From a virus (Duplodnaviria > Caudoviricetes): a DNA stretch of 64,000 bases. Below, piece by piece: positions 26,888-35,488 of the stretch. Below the pieces are notes generated by a model. It was not told where the DNA came from. It did not search any database and worked only from the letters and a program-made list of their open reading frames with translations. Made by a program: the position numbers and the translations under genes. Positions within the stretch are counted from its first letter, which is position 1. Each line of letters opens with the position of its first letter. Location of the stretch: IMG/VR virus record IMGVR_UViG_3300028833_000061, positions 96,001 to 160,000 of that record; one strand, written 5' to 3'.

Positions 26888-28216
26888 CTACCTCCAAGCC
26901 ATAGAGAACGCGGCGGATAGCTTTTCTCCGTTGTTCGGGTTGTAGAAAGAAAAGCCAACCTGTTTTATTCCTGAGACATCAAAGTCCTTCATGTGCGTAA
27001 AATTCCTATCCCGTGTAACCCCACGATACACCCGCCCATCCTTGTTTTCCTTCATCATCTTTCTGCTCGAATCTAATTTGTATATACGTGCGCCGGAATT
27101 CATACCAAAAAGAGCGTATGCCGGTTTTCCTCCTTCTACTACGACATGAAATTTCCTTGTGCCGCCAAGCGTTATCTGCCCGACAGATATGTAATGTGAC
27201 TTGTTACCTTCTTCGATGAATTCGCTTGTTACGTCATACCCGTCTACATTCTTTGTAAGCTTCGCTCTGACGTACTTTTTCCTGGACGTACCTTCTGTCT
27301 TGCCTGTAGGAAGGTCAAGCTCGACATACTCCATTCTCTCATAAAACTTTCCAGATAAAATCTTCGAACCGGATGCCGCTTCATCCTTAGAAATCGTGGT
27401 ACTGTCAAACACAAATCTGCAGAACTCACCAAACTCCAGCCCGTATGGCGCATAATAGTCATTTTTTTTAACAAGTCTATATCCGTTTGTCTCATCTACG
27501 GCAAATTCTACGCTAAATCCGCCGTCACCGTACCTGCCGTGGCTGATCGTACCTACTTTCATCTTAGACAGGTTATACCCGTACAGTTTCGTAAGATTCC
27601 ACATTGGATCGCTTAAGCCACTCTTGTACTCAGGAAACTGAAACACAGGACACCCAAGCAGTAGTTTCTGCGGCTTACCGTAGCCGGTGTCAAACGCTTT
27701 CGAATACAGGCCGGCATACGGTACAAGCGTGCCAGAACAAAAGTCTACTCCACCCGTCGCACCAGATCCTACATACCGATACCCGACACCAGCTCCCTTC
27801 AGTGTAACAGCGTCACCAGATACTATGTCGTTGTATGTAACGATGCTGCCAGCTCCTGGAAGCCCGCTTCCCCTGTAGAATCCACAAGGCGAGTTATCGT
27901 CAGGGCACCTGGAATAGAACGGCTCGGTTCCTTTTGCAGTAACTATGTTGTCATACGAATCAGAATATGATTTGTACAACACACCAGAACCAGAGAAAAA
28001 AGGATATCCGTTGTATACAGACCCAGAACTGACCTCGAGGTTTCCAGACATCTTACCACCGAGCTCTATATGAGGCTTGTAGTACAGGCTACAACCAGAT
28101 GATCCTCCTCTCCCGACTTGTATAAGCGTGTATCCATCTCCGAAATCAAAGTATCCGCCTCGGTACACCGACGCAGTGTCGGGCCTGAATATCGCTCCGT
28201 TGCGTATAGTAAGCAT
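26888..28216 (-). CDS. putative tail fibre / receptor-binding protein
   Basis: 442 aa, Gly/Tyr/Ser-rich beta composition. Confidence 0.5.
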   Translation of the reverse strand: MLTIRNGAIFRPDTASVYRGGYFDFGDGYTLIQVGRGGSSGCSLYYKPHIELGGKMSGNLEVSSGSVYNGYPFFSGSGVLYKSYSDSYDNIVTAKGTEPFYSRCPDDNSPCGFYRGSGLPGAGSIVTYNDIVSGDAVTLKGAGVGYRYVGSGATGGVDFCSGTLVPYAGLYSKAFDTGYGKPQKLLLGCPVFQFPEYKSGLSDPMWNLTKLYGYNLSKMKVGTISHGRYGDGGFSVEFAVDETNGYRLVKKNDYYAPYGLEFGEFCRFVFDSTTISKDEAASGSKILSGKFYERMEYVELDLPTGKTEGTSRKKYVRAKLTKNVDGYDVTSEFIEEGNKSHYISVGQITLGGTRKFHVVVEGGKPAYALFGMNSGARIYKLDSSRKMMKENKDGRVYRGVTRDRNFTHMKDFDVSGIKQVGFSFYNPNNGEKLSAAFSMAWR

Positions 28217-28230
28217 GTGTGGCTGCCTCT

Positions 28231-28752
28231 CTAGCTTATAGCAAACACATTGTCTGACGACAGCGTTATGACCATATACATGCTGCCTGCAGTCCTATCT
28301 CCCTGGCCTATCGGAGTAGCCCCGGTGTTTTCACCTGTAAATGCATCCAATATCGCCCCTCCCTCGCTAGATACAACTCCAAGAGTAACACTGCTTTTCG
28401 GTGCAGGAAGATCCAGCATTATGTCTACAGAATCAAGCGTGCACGTATCATCTTTTCTTCCCAATGTAACGCGTGACTCGTTGGCAGCTGTCTCTCCTGA
28501 AAACCGCACATCGAACTTCGTGTCTTTTTCAAGCGCACAATCAAATTTAGGAAGTTCTACAGGAAACGGTTCCACAACAGGCAGAAGATTGTCGAATATA
28601 GGCGCCTTTCTAGAAGCAGACGCCAGCATCCCATGTATCCTGGCCGGATCTAGGTCACTGCAAGGAGACATGTCCGGGAATGTCGGTATCGTATACCCCG
28701 GGCATCCGTCATGCGCAGCAAACGCTGTTCTTGTACAGTCCAGTGCCATCAC
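28231..28752 (-). CDS. tail-associated hypothetical protein
   Basis: 173 aa with a Pro/Cys-rich N-terminus. Confidence 0.55.
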   Translation of the reverse strand: MMALDCTRTAFAAHDGCPGYTIPTFPDMSPCSDLDPARIHGMLASASRKAPIFDNLLPVVEPFPVELPKFDCALEKDTKFDVRFSGETAANESRVTLGRKDDTCTLDSVDIMLDLPAPKSSVTLGVVSSEGGAILDAFTGENTGATPIGQGDRTAGSMYMVITLSSDNVFAIS

Positions 28753-29489
28753 AGTGCCCCAGTCAGGTTTCCGGCCGCCTTCACATACACAGCAGGAACT
28801 TTCTTGCCGTCTATGCTGACAGCCTTTCCAGAGTCGACGACAACGCCTGTGCCGCCCACTATATTTATGTTTCCTTCTGCATCTGCTCTCTGGCCGTTGA
28901 TAAACAGAAGAGCATTGGAACAGTTAAAGGTATTACGTCCGCCGCAGTACTGGCCAAGGCCGTATCCGTTGCCTATGCGAACGAATAACTTGTTATTGTG
29001 TATTCTGGCCGTTGTGTTGTAGCCGTCCTTTATCTTTATTGTTCCCGTCAGTCCGGCTATAGACATAACCTTCATGTTTCTGTTTGTCTCTATCAGCCTG
29101 GACTCAAGGACCGGGATGGATACATCGTGGACACCTTCCGAAAGATCCAACGTGTATTCGTTTTCTCCGCCGTATGTCGCGAATTTTATCTTTATCCCGT
29201 CGTCGATGTCTATTGTTCCTACGGAAATACCAGATCCTAATTGTATCGGCACCTCGAACACGAAAGTAGCCTCGCTCGTAGAATACTCGAAGACAAGACT
29301 TACCGAGGATCTATCGACGTTTACAGACTCGCATACAAGGGTAGATTCACCTGCAGTTCCGCTGAAATCTGCGTTTACAAGCAGCATATCCAGCAAAAGC
29401 CAGTTAGGTATCCCGTCTGGAACTGTATCCTCCTTGAACGGATATGCCCTGTGCTTGTTTGAAGAAAGCCACTCCTGAATTTTTCTCAT
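28749..29489 (-). CDS. distal tail/baseplate paralog 5
   Basis: N-terminal EWLSSNKHRAYPF; C-terminal C...C...FINGQ. Confidence 0.65.
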   Translation of the reverse strand: MRKIQEWLSSNKHRAYPFKEDTVPDGIPNWLLLDMLLVNADFSGTAGESTLVCESVNVDRSSVSLVFEYSTSEATFVFEVPIQLGSGISVGTIDIDDGIKIKFATYGGENEYTLDLSEGVHDVSIPVLESRLIETNRNMKVMSIAGLTGTIKIKDGYNTTARIHNNKLFVRIGNGYGLGQYCGGRNTFNCSNALLFINGQRADAEGNINIVGGTGVVVDSGKAVSIDGKKVPAVYVKAAGNLTGAL

Positions 29490-29491
29490 GG

Positions 29492-32140
29492 CTATACTCC
29501 CGGAACACTTATTTCAACCCCAGTATTCTTGAGATTCGTCTTAACTAGATTTCCTATCTCTTCGCCTACCTCATGGTAGTCAGTGGGGTCGGATATGTCA
29601 ACGGACGCTGGCGCTATAACTCCAGTTACAGGAGCGACATGAATAGGGTTGTTGTACGACACATCGTCAGCAACAAAATCTGTGACATTGAACGACAGCA
29701 TATTTCTTCTATCAGCGGTCATTCTATACTTCAGAACTACGTCGTCTCTGAGTATGTCGACTTCTTCAGGCTCATCAGGTTCTTCTGGTTCGTCCGGCTC
29801 GTCTGGCTCTGTGTAATCATATTCGTCAGGTTCTTCGTCGTCTTTATACCACGGAAGATCTTTCCAGTCCGGTATGACTATATCCAAGTCGGCATACCTC
29901 ATCGGACCGACGAGCGTGCTTCCATAAAAACATTTATCGGCTTTCTTGTCCCGGTATACCGGAGAATCCACAGGCTGGACAATCTCCTGTGAATCGGCGT
30001 CAACTCTGTTATTGTAGTAGAAGCATGTCCTGTCGAGGGCATCAAGCGTTTTCTCGTCGAAAACGTCATCCATGTACTTGAACGTAGGATCGTATTCTGG
30101 CGTGTAGTCCTTGTACAGATAATCCTCCGGGAACGAACCCCACCACAGGTGATCGGCCATACAGGGATATCCACCACCAAGACTTGCGTCTCCTGTATAC
30201 AAGATATGGCTCAGTGCGCAAGACCAATCGTCGTGATAAGTTTCAGGCCTATTCCAATACGGAGCATGCCTACTGTCTTCAAGAACAGCATATTTTTCAG
30301 ATTTAGTATAATCCCTGTAATCCTTGGCCCAAAAGTCTCCAGTAAACACAGTAATTCCTCTTCCTGGAGGTAGTAGGAATAGCCGCAGCTGATTCCCGTT
30401 CTTGCTGTGTCTTTTCCACCACACAAGACGACTTATCCCTGTTCGCGAGTATGTATACTCTTTCCCGTCTCCTCCTGTAAATGTAAGAGGCATGTTACCG
30501 CCAGAGAAATAATTTCCTCCAGGGACCTTGTCGTTGCCCTCGAACCATCCAACAAGCCATCTTGCCTCGTCGCATACGTTTTCTGAAATCTCCCAGTTCT
30601 TGCATCCGAAGTGCTCGAAAAACGATTTTGCCGGTACGATGTAGACTAGCTTCGCCTTGTTCAGCAATCCGTCTGTGGCAAGACGCTGCTTTATCAGCTC
30701 GGTCATTCTCCACGATATTTTCTCGTCGAATTCCTCTTGGCTGACACCCCAGTCTTCGGCTGTTCCAGGCGGTATAGGTGTGTTTCTTTCCTGTGCTTCA
30801 AAATAATCATATGGTATGTCTCCAGACAGCCACCCGTGCTTTGCACATATATCTACTATCTCCTTCCTTCCTAGAAAGCCAAGGCCTCCGTTTCCACGCA
30901 TTACAAAATACTCGTAGAATTCACGGTATTTGCTTGGCTTCAAGCACAGCAGCATATTACCGCTCATACCTAGTCCGTCATTATATGTTCTCACGTATCC
31001 AGCGCCAGTATTTACTCTTCCGTCGCCTGCCATCTGCGCGATCGTGTAGTCATCTGCGATCTTGTCACCAAAAAGGCGTATAGTGCTGTATGTGTCTTTG
31101 AAGAACACGTCTACACATACCCATCCGTTCAATGGGAAGGAAAACTTGAACCAGATTTCTCGCTCTATATTCATAACCGTCATAGTGCTCTGGCCACCTC
31201 CAAGTCTACTCGAGCCATTCCATGAGTAGGAGACTACAGTATATGGCGGAGGTATAAGCTTGCTGTCCCAGGCAGCCTTGTCTGATACGCACTTCTTGCG
31301 TATCTCCCTTCCAGTAGAACCTGCAACAATACGTTCCACGTCGTTTACTACCGGGACTCCTGTTGGAACGGGAACAACGCCTGGGACAACCCCACAGTTA
31401 ACTTTCGAATTCTTTTCCTTGTAGTCCTTTATTGCTGCACTATCGTCGCTTCTTGCACAGATGTCCTCTCGGTCTATAAGACTGTACTGATCCATGAACC
31501 CCGTACTCGTTAGATACAAGTACGGTTCTCCGTCCTTATCCATTATGTTGAACAAGGATCCAGGCTTCCTTACGACATACAGCGTGTTGACTCCTGTACC
31601 TCCAAGTCCCTTATTTGCAGGAACAACGTCGAACCTTATGGAGTTCTCATCCTTGTCAACGACAGGTTTTATAACGGCAGTGCTACCGCTGGATATGAAT
31701 TCTATTCTTCCTCTGGTATCTACTCCTGAAAATACAGCTGACGACACTCCGTCTCCAGGAAGCTCGAACTGGCACGTCTCTGCAAACCTCACATTTTCAT
31801 ATGTCCTCGAGGATTTCCCTGAAAAGAGTTCTTTTGCTCCGTTTCCTAGGACGAGAGTACCCCTGTGAAATCCGTTTGTATCGAAGAGTTCTGATGTACG
31901 CGAATCGGCAGAGAATGTACCGCGCATGCCCGAAACGACGATTGTCGCTGTATTTCTGTCATCAGAAAGCACTATACTTTCAAGATTGCACAGGCCGCTA
32001 GCTGGATACAGAACAGCGTCTACTAGGAACGCCTGTGGCAAAGCCGCTCCGTCTGTATCAGCAAGGTTTGAGTCTGCAGAAAACGGATAGCTTCTGCTGA
32101 TGTTCTCGCTCTCGTATTCCTGGTATATTGGTGTACTCAT
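29492..32140 (-). CDS. distal tail/baseplate paralog 4 with large inserted domain
   Basis: N-terminal EYESENISRSYPF; about 500-aa insert between Pro/Val and EPDE linkers. Confidence 0.65.
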   Translation of the reverse strand: MSTPIYQEYESENISRSYPFSADSNLADTDGAALPQAFLVDAVLYPASGLCNLESIVLSDDRNTATIVVSGMRGTFSADSRTSELFDTNGFHRGTLVLGNGAKELFSGKSSRTYENVRFAETCQFELPGDGVSSAVFSGVDTRGRIEFISSGSTAVIKPVVDKDENSIRFDVVPANKGLGGTGVNTLYVVRKPGSLFNIMDKDGEPYLYLTSTGFMDQYSLIDREDICARSDDSAAIKDYKEKNSKVNCGVVPGVVPVPTGVPVVNDVERIVAGSTGREIRKKCVSDKAAWDSKLIPPPYTVVSYSWNGSSRLGGGQSTMTVMNIEREIWFKFSFPLNGWVCVDVFFKDTYSTIRLFGDKIADDYTIAQMAGDGRVNTGAGYVRTYNDGLGMSGNMLLCLKPSKYREFYEYFVMRGNGGLGFLGRKEIVDICAKHGWLSGDIPYDYFEAQERNTPIPPGTAEDWGVSQEEFDEKISWRMTELIKQRLATDGLLNKAKLVYIVPAKSFFEHFGCKNWEISENVCDEARWLVGWFEGNDKVPGGNYFSGGNMPLTFTGGDGKEYTYSRTGISRLVWWKRHSKNGNQLRLFLLPPGRGITVFTGDFWAKDYRDYTKSEKYAVLEDSRHAPYWNRPETYHDDWSCALSHILYTGDASLGGGYPCMADHLWWGSFPEDYLYKDYTPEYDPTFKYMDDVFDEKTLDALDRTCFYYNNRVDADSQEIVQPVDSPVYRDKKADKCFYGSTLVGPMRYADLDIVIPDWKDLPWYKDDEEPDEYDYTEPDEPDEPEEPDEPEEVDILRDDVVLKYRMTADRRNMLSFNVTDFVADDVSYNNPIHVAPVTGVIAPASVDISDPTDYHEVGEEIGNLVKTNLKNTGVEISVPGV

Positions 32141-32796
32141 TCGAAGACCACGGCGAATTCGCCATCTGAGTTAACGTTCATTCCATTTATAGTCTGTATA
32201 ACCGGAGATACGCACGAATCGTTCAATGAAGTAGGCATACATCTGTCTGCAATCGCATTTTTAGCAGACTGAGATAGCTCCATCGTGACTATATCTGTGC
32301 CGTCGTCAGTAGATGAAACTGTGGTTGATACCTGCCCTCCAAAGTCGAACTCGACGGACCCTGTGGCCGTTTCTCCAGACGACGCATCTTCAAGCATGTA
32401 TACACCTACACGAGGAAACGACAATACACAAAATTCGCTTATGCTGGACTGCTTGAAGCTTGAAAATCTAAATTTCATAGGCGAATCAAACGAAGCATGC
32501 CCGAACTCCACTGTACCGAACACGCCATCTCGCATCGATTTTAGCGCAGCTACGCTGTCATACTCTCCTGACGCAGTAGCAACTACTCCTGAAGAATCGG
32601 ATAAAACTACGGATATGATCCCAGGTCCGACATAGATACTTGAGATTCTAAACAGTGGCAATGCGACATACGTGGTGACAGACAAGCCGACAATTACGTC
32701 ATACGGAATCTCAGAACCGGAATCGGACAATCCCGTGGCATCCTCGGACAGAGGATACTTTCTCAGGTAGTTTTCATTTTCTATCTGTATGCTCAT
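32137..32796 (-). CDS. distal tail/baseplate paralog 3
   Basis: N-terminal ENENYLRKYPL; C-terminal C...C...TINGM. Confidence 0.65.
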   Translation of the reverse strand: MSIQIENENYLRKYPLSEDATGLSDSGSEIPYDVIVGLSVTTYVALPLFRISSIYVGPGIISVVLSDSSGVVATASGEYDSVAALKSMRDGVFGTVEFGHASFDSPMKFRFSSFKQSSISEFCVLSFPRVGVYMLEDASSGETATGSVEFDFGGQVSTTVSSTDDGTDIVTMELSQSAKNAIADRCMPTSLNDSCVSPVIQTINGMNVNSDGEFAVVFE

Positions 32797-34481
32797 ATGT
32801 TGGACGCCGTAACTCTTGTTTCCTTGCCGTTAGTAAAGTCGAAGAACAGTATGTCTACTATGTTCCTGCTTACCTTCTTGGCCTCTTCTTCCGTGTACCC
32901 GATGCCGTACTGCTTGTCCAGGGTGAACTCAGTCACTATGTCATACTTATCATCGTCGTTCAATGTGACGTTTGTGACAGGCCGTGCCCTGTTATACGCC
33001 GATGCGTACATCATCATAGGAGCATACGCCGCTGCTAGAAACCACACTTTTATTCCGCGCGACGATGCTACTGTGTCACCGGGGACGCTATACATTGCAG
33101 ATACGCAGAACGACTGCCCCGCTCCCAGCAAATACCCATAGTCGTCGTATAGTTTGCTTGTCTCTGAGAACATGTCCTTGCTAGACAACGGCTTCCCGCT
33201 TGTAAGATCGACCAAGGCCCGGTTCATCAGCTTTGCACTTACGGAAGCAAGATCCAGCCTATCGTAATAGCCAGGCTCCGATTGAAGTATGATTTCCGGC
33301 TTAACGTACTCGCCGGTCTTCTTATTGTATACGGCCTGTGTCTCTGTCCTCGATCTCACACAATACCTTGACGGGTTAAGCACGCTTGATTTACCAGGGC
33401 CTCCGCTATCTACCATCTCGATATATATTCCGTTTCGTGTCTGTCCGAAAGATATCTCCGAGTCTCCCTTTTGCCATCTGTCTGGCACCGTTATGTAGCA
33501 CGGGACTCCAGATACGTTGGTAACCTTGCATGTTATCTTGAAATATCCTGGATCGGCTGCGTAATTAACTATGCTGTCATTTGCCGCGAGGGCAGCCATA
33601 TCGGCGTCTGGAACTATCGAGAACTGCACGTCTATCTGCGGACTTGTCCCATGCTTGAGCTCGAATAGATCTATAAGTCCATAGTAGCTTCCCTCGTGGA
33701 CGTCCACGACCCTGTCTCTGAGGTCGTACACTCTTGTCGCTATGTCATACAGGTCGTTCACCTTGTCCATGTAATCCTGGCACTGACAGCAGGCAACGCA
33801 TTTTCCATGTATGGTAATGGTGTCATTCTTCTGTGTTATCTCATAACACCCGTCGCCGGTTATCAGCGAATGGCCGTCCTTCGAAGGAAGAGGGCTGCCT
33901 ATAGATGTGCGCTCCTGCTCGCAATCGTTATCGCACGGAACGCGCCCTAGGCCTTCCCCCGGCGAGAACTCAAGACGTACAGCGTCTAACTCTGAATCAG
34001 TCGTTGATTCTGCGGATATAACCGAATTGTATCCAGGTACGACAGAGAAATCTTCAGTTATTATCGCGTCTGGAACGCCAGTACCGTCTCCTCCGTTGAA
34101 AATTTCAATTGAAGTCACGCCTGTGTACTGGGGAAAGAAGCACGACGTCTCGAACCTTGCGTCTAAATCTGCGGAAAACGAGCCTAGACTTTTCAGTCTT
34201 GCAACGTCAAGAACGACCGACGACATTCCGTTATTTACAACAACAAATGCACGACCGTCTGCAAACTCGTCGTCATCTACTCCGAACACGGTGTCTCCTA
34301 TCTGGAATTCAGTATATTTGTCTGCGACGGATCTGCTGAATCTAGTCATGGACGCGTCAAAATCTTCCATGTCTAATGCCGCGTCGACAAATACAGAAAC
34401 AAGGCTTTCAGGGACAGATTCACTGTCCCTGAACGGATACGCGATAAGCGTGTTGGATGTCAGAAATTCGCCTTCAGGCAT
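32793..34481 (-). CDS. distal tail/baseplate paralog 2
   Basis: N-terminal EFLTSNTLIAYPF; CVACCQC followed by coiled coil. Confidence 0.65.
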   Translation of the reverse strand: MPEGEFLTSNTLIAYPFRDSESVPESLVSVFVDAALDMEDFDASMTRFSRSVADKYTEFQIGDTVFGVDDDEFADGRAFVVVNNGMSSVVLDVARLKSLGSFSADLDARFETSCFFPQYTGVTSIEIFNGGDGTGVPDAIITEDFSVVPGYNSVISAESTTDSELDAVRLEFSPGEGLGRVPCDNDCEQERTSIGSPLPSKDGHSLITGDGCYEITQKNDTITIHGKCVACCQCQDYMDKVNDLYDIATRVYDLRDRVVDVHEGSYYGLIDLFELKHGTSPQIDVQFSIVPDADMAALAANDSIVNYAADPGYFKITCKVTNVSGVPCYITVPDRWQKGDSEISFGQTRNGIYIEMVDSGGPGKSSVLNPSRYCVRSRTETQAVYNKKTGEYVKPEIILQSEPGYYDRLDLASVSAKLMNRALVDLTSGKPLSSKDMFSETSKLYDDYGYLLGAGQSFCVSAMYSVPGDTVASSRGIKVWFLAAAYAPMMMYASAYNRARPVTNVTLNDDDKYDIVTEFTLDKQYGIGYTEEEAKKVSRNIVDILFFDFTNGKETRVTASNI

Positions 34482-34510
34482 GACAAAACTCCTGCCGGAA
34501 ACCGTGAAAA

Positions 34511-35488
34511 CTACTGGCCCTGCTCTTCTCCTGAGTCGTCCGACTCCGCAGACTTGTTTTCATCTTCTGTCTCATCGGGATCATCTTGTCCGAGCTCGGC
34601 CATGTCATAGTATGCACGAAGCTCGGTTATTCTCCTGTCAATTGTACCTGCGAATGAATTAAGCTGCATAACGGATGAGTTCAGAAGGGCTATCTTGTCG
34701 TTGATGAAATCAAGCTCTGCACATCCACAGCACGGCTTTGAACATTTGTCAGATATTTTTATTACACCGTCACTGGTTGTCACGTCTATGCACTCGTCGC
34801 CCTCGAGCACTATATTCTCGACAGACAGGCCGTTAAGCGTCTTAACGGTAGTATCCGTGCCGCAGTCGCACATGTCGTTGTAGCCTGCATTGCTGTCTGC
34901 GCTAATCCATAACGCATTCTTCTCTGCGTCATATTTCAAGGATACGTTTCTTCCAGCTATGAGCTTTATATCTCCTCTGAGCTTTTTCGATCTATACCCT
35001 GTCGTCGAATCGTATATGGACAGGCTAGCTATGTTTCTTATGGAAGGCCTTACGCATCTCTGCTCGAACAGCGTCTCGGCCTTCTCAAACGCATAAACAC
35101 CGTCCGGTACGTCGTCATCGATGCTCGAAAGGTCGCCAACGACGATACAGCCTTTCGAACCGGCGTACTCATTCACACCAACGAACTGATACGGAGTGTT
35201 TTGTCTGTGCGATCTAACATCGATGGTAACCGATGCCACGATTCCTAGCTCACCGCCGATTGTAAGTATAAGTTCGTTGTTGGCGTACGTCAGACCGGAT
35301 AGATATATCTCGTTTGACAGCTCGCTACTTATCGACATAACGAAGTCAACTATGATGTAGTTCGGCAAAACAAACGGATCGTTTCCGAGATCCACATCAT
35401 TCGTGGCTCTACGCGTAGCATTTTCGCGTATCGGGTAGCTCCGAAGCGAATTCTGGTTAAGCCACTCTATCTGTGTTGTATTAGGCAT
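34511..35488 (-). CDS. distal tail/baseplate paralog 1
   Basis: N-terminal EWLNQNSLRSYPI; TLNGL; CSKPCCGC followed by coiled coil. Confidence 0.65.
   Translation of the reverse strand: MPNTTQIEWLNQNSLRSYPIRENATRRATNDVDLGNDPFVLPNYIIVDFVMSISSELSNEIYLSGLTYANNELILTIGGELGIVASVTIDVRSHRQNTPYQFVGVNEYAGSKGCIVVGDLSSIDDDVPDGVYAFEKAETLFEQRCVRPSIRNIASLSIYDSTTGYRSKKLRGDIKLIAGRNVSLKYDAEKNALWISADSNAGYNDMCDCGTDTTVKTLNGLSVENIVLEGDECIDVTTSDGVIKISDKCSKPCCGCAELDFINDKIALLNSSVMQLNSFAGTIDRRITELRAYYDMAELGQDDPDETEDENKSAESDDSGEEQGQ

Noticed and set aside
25086-32140. Possible diversity-generating retroelement target in the fibre genes
   Set aside because: No reverse transcriptase and no TR/VR repeat pair visible in this window
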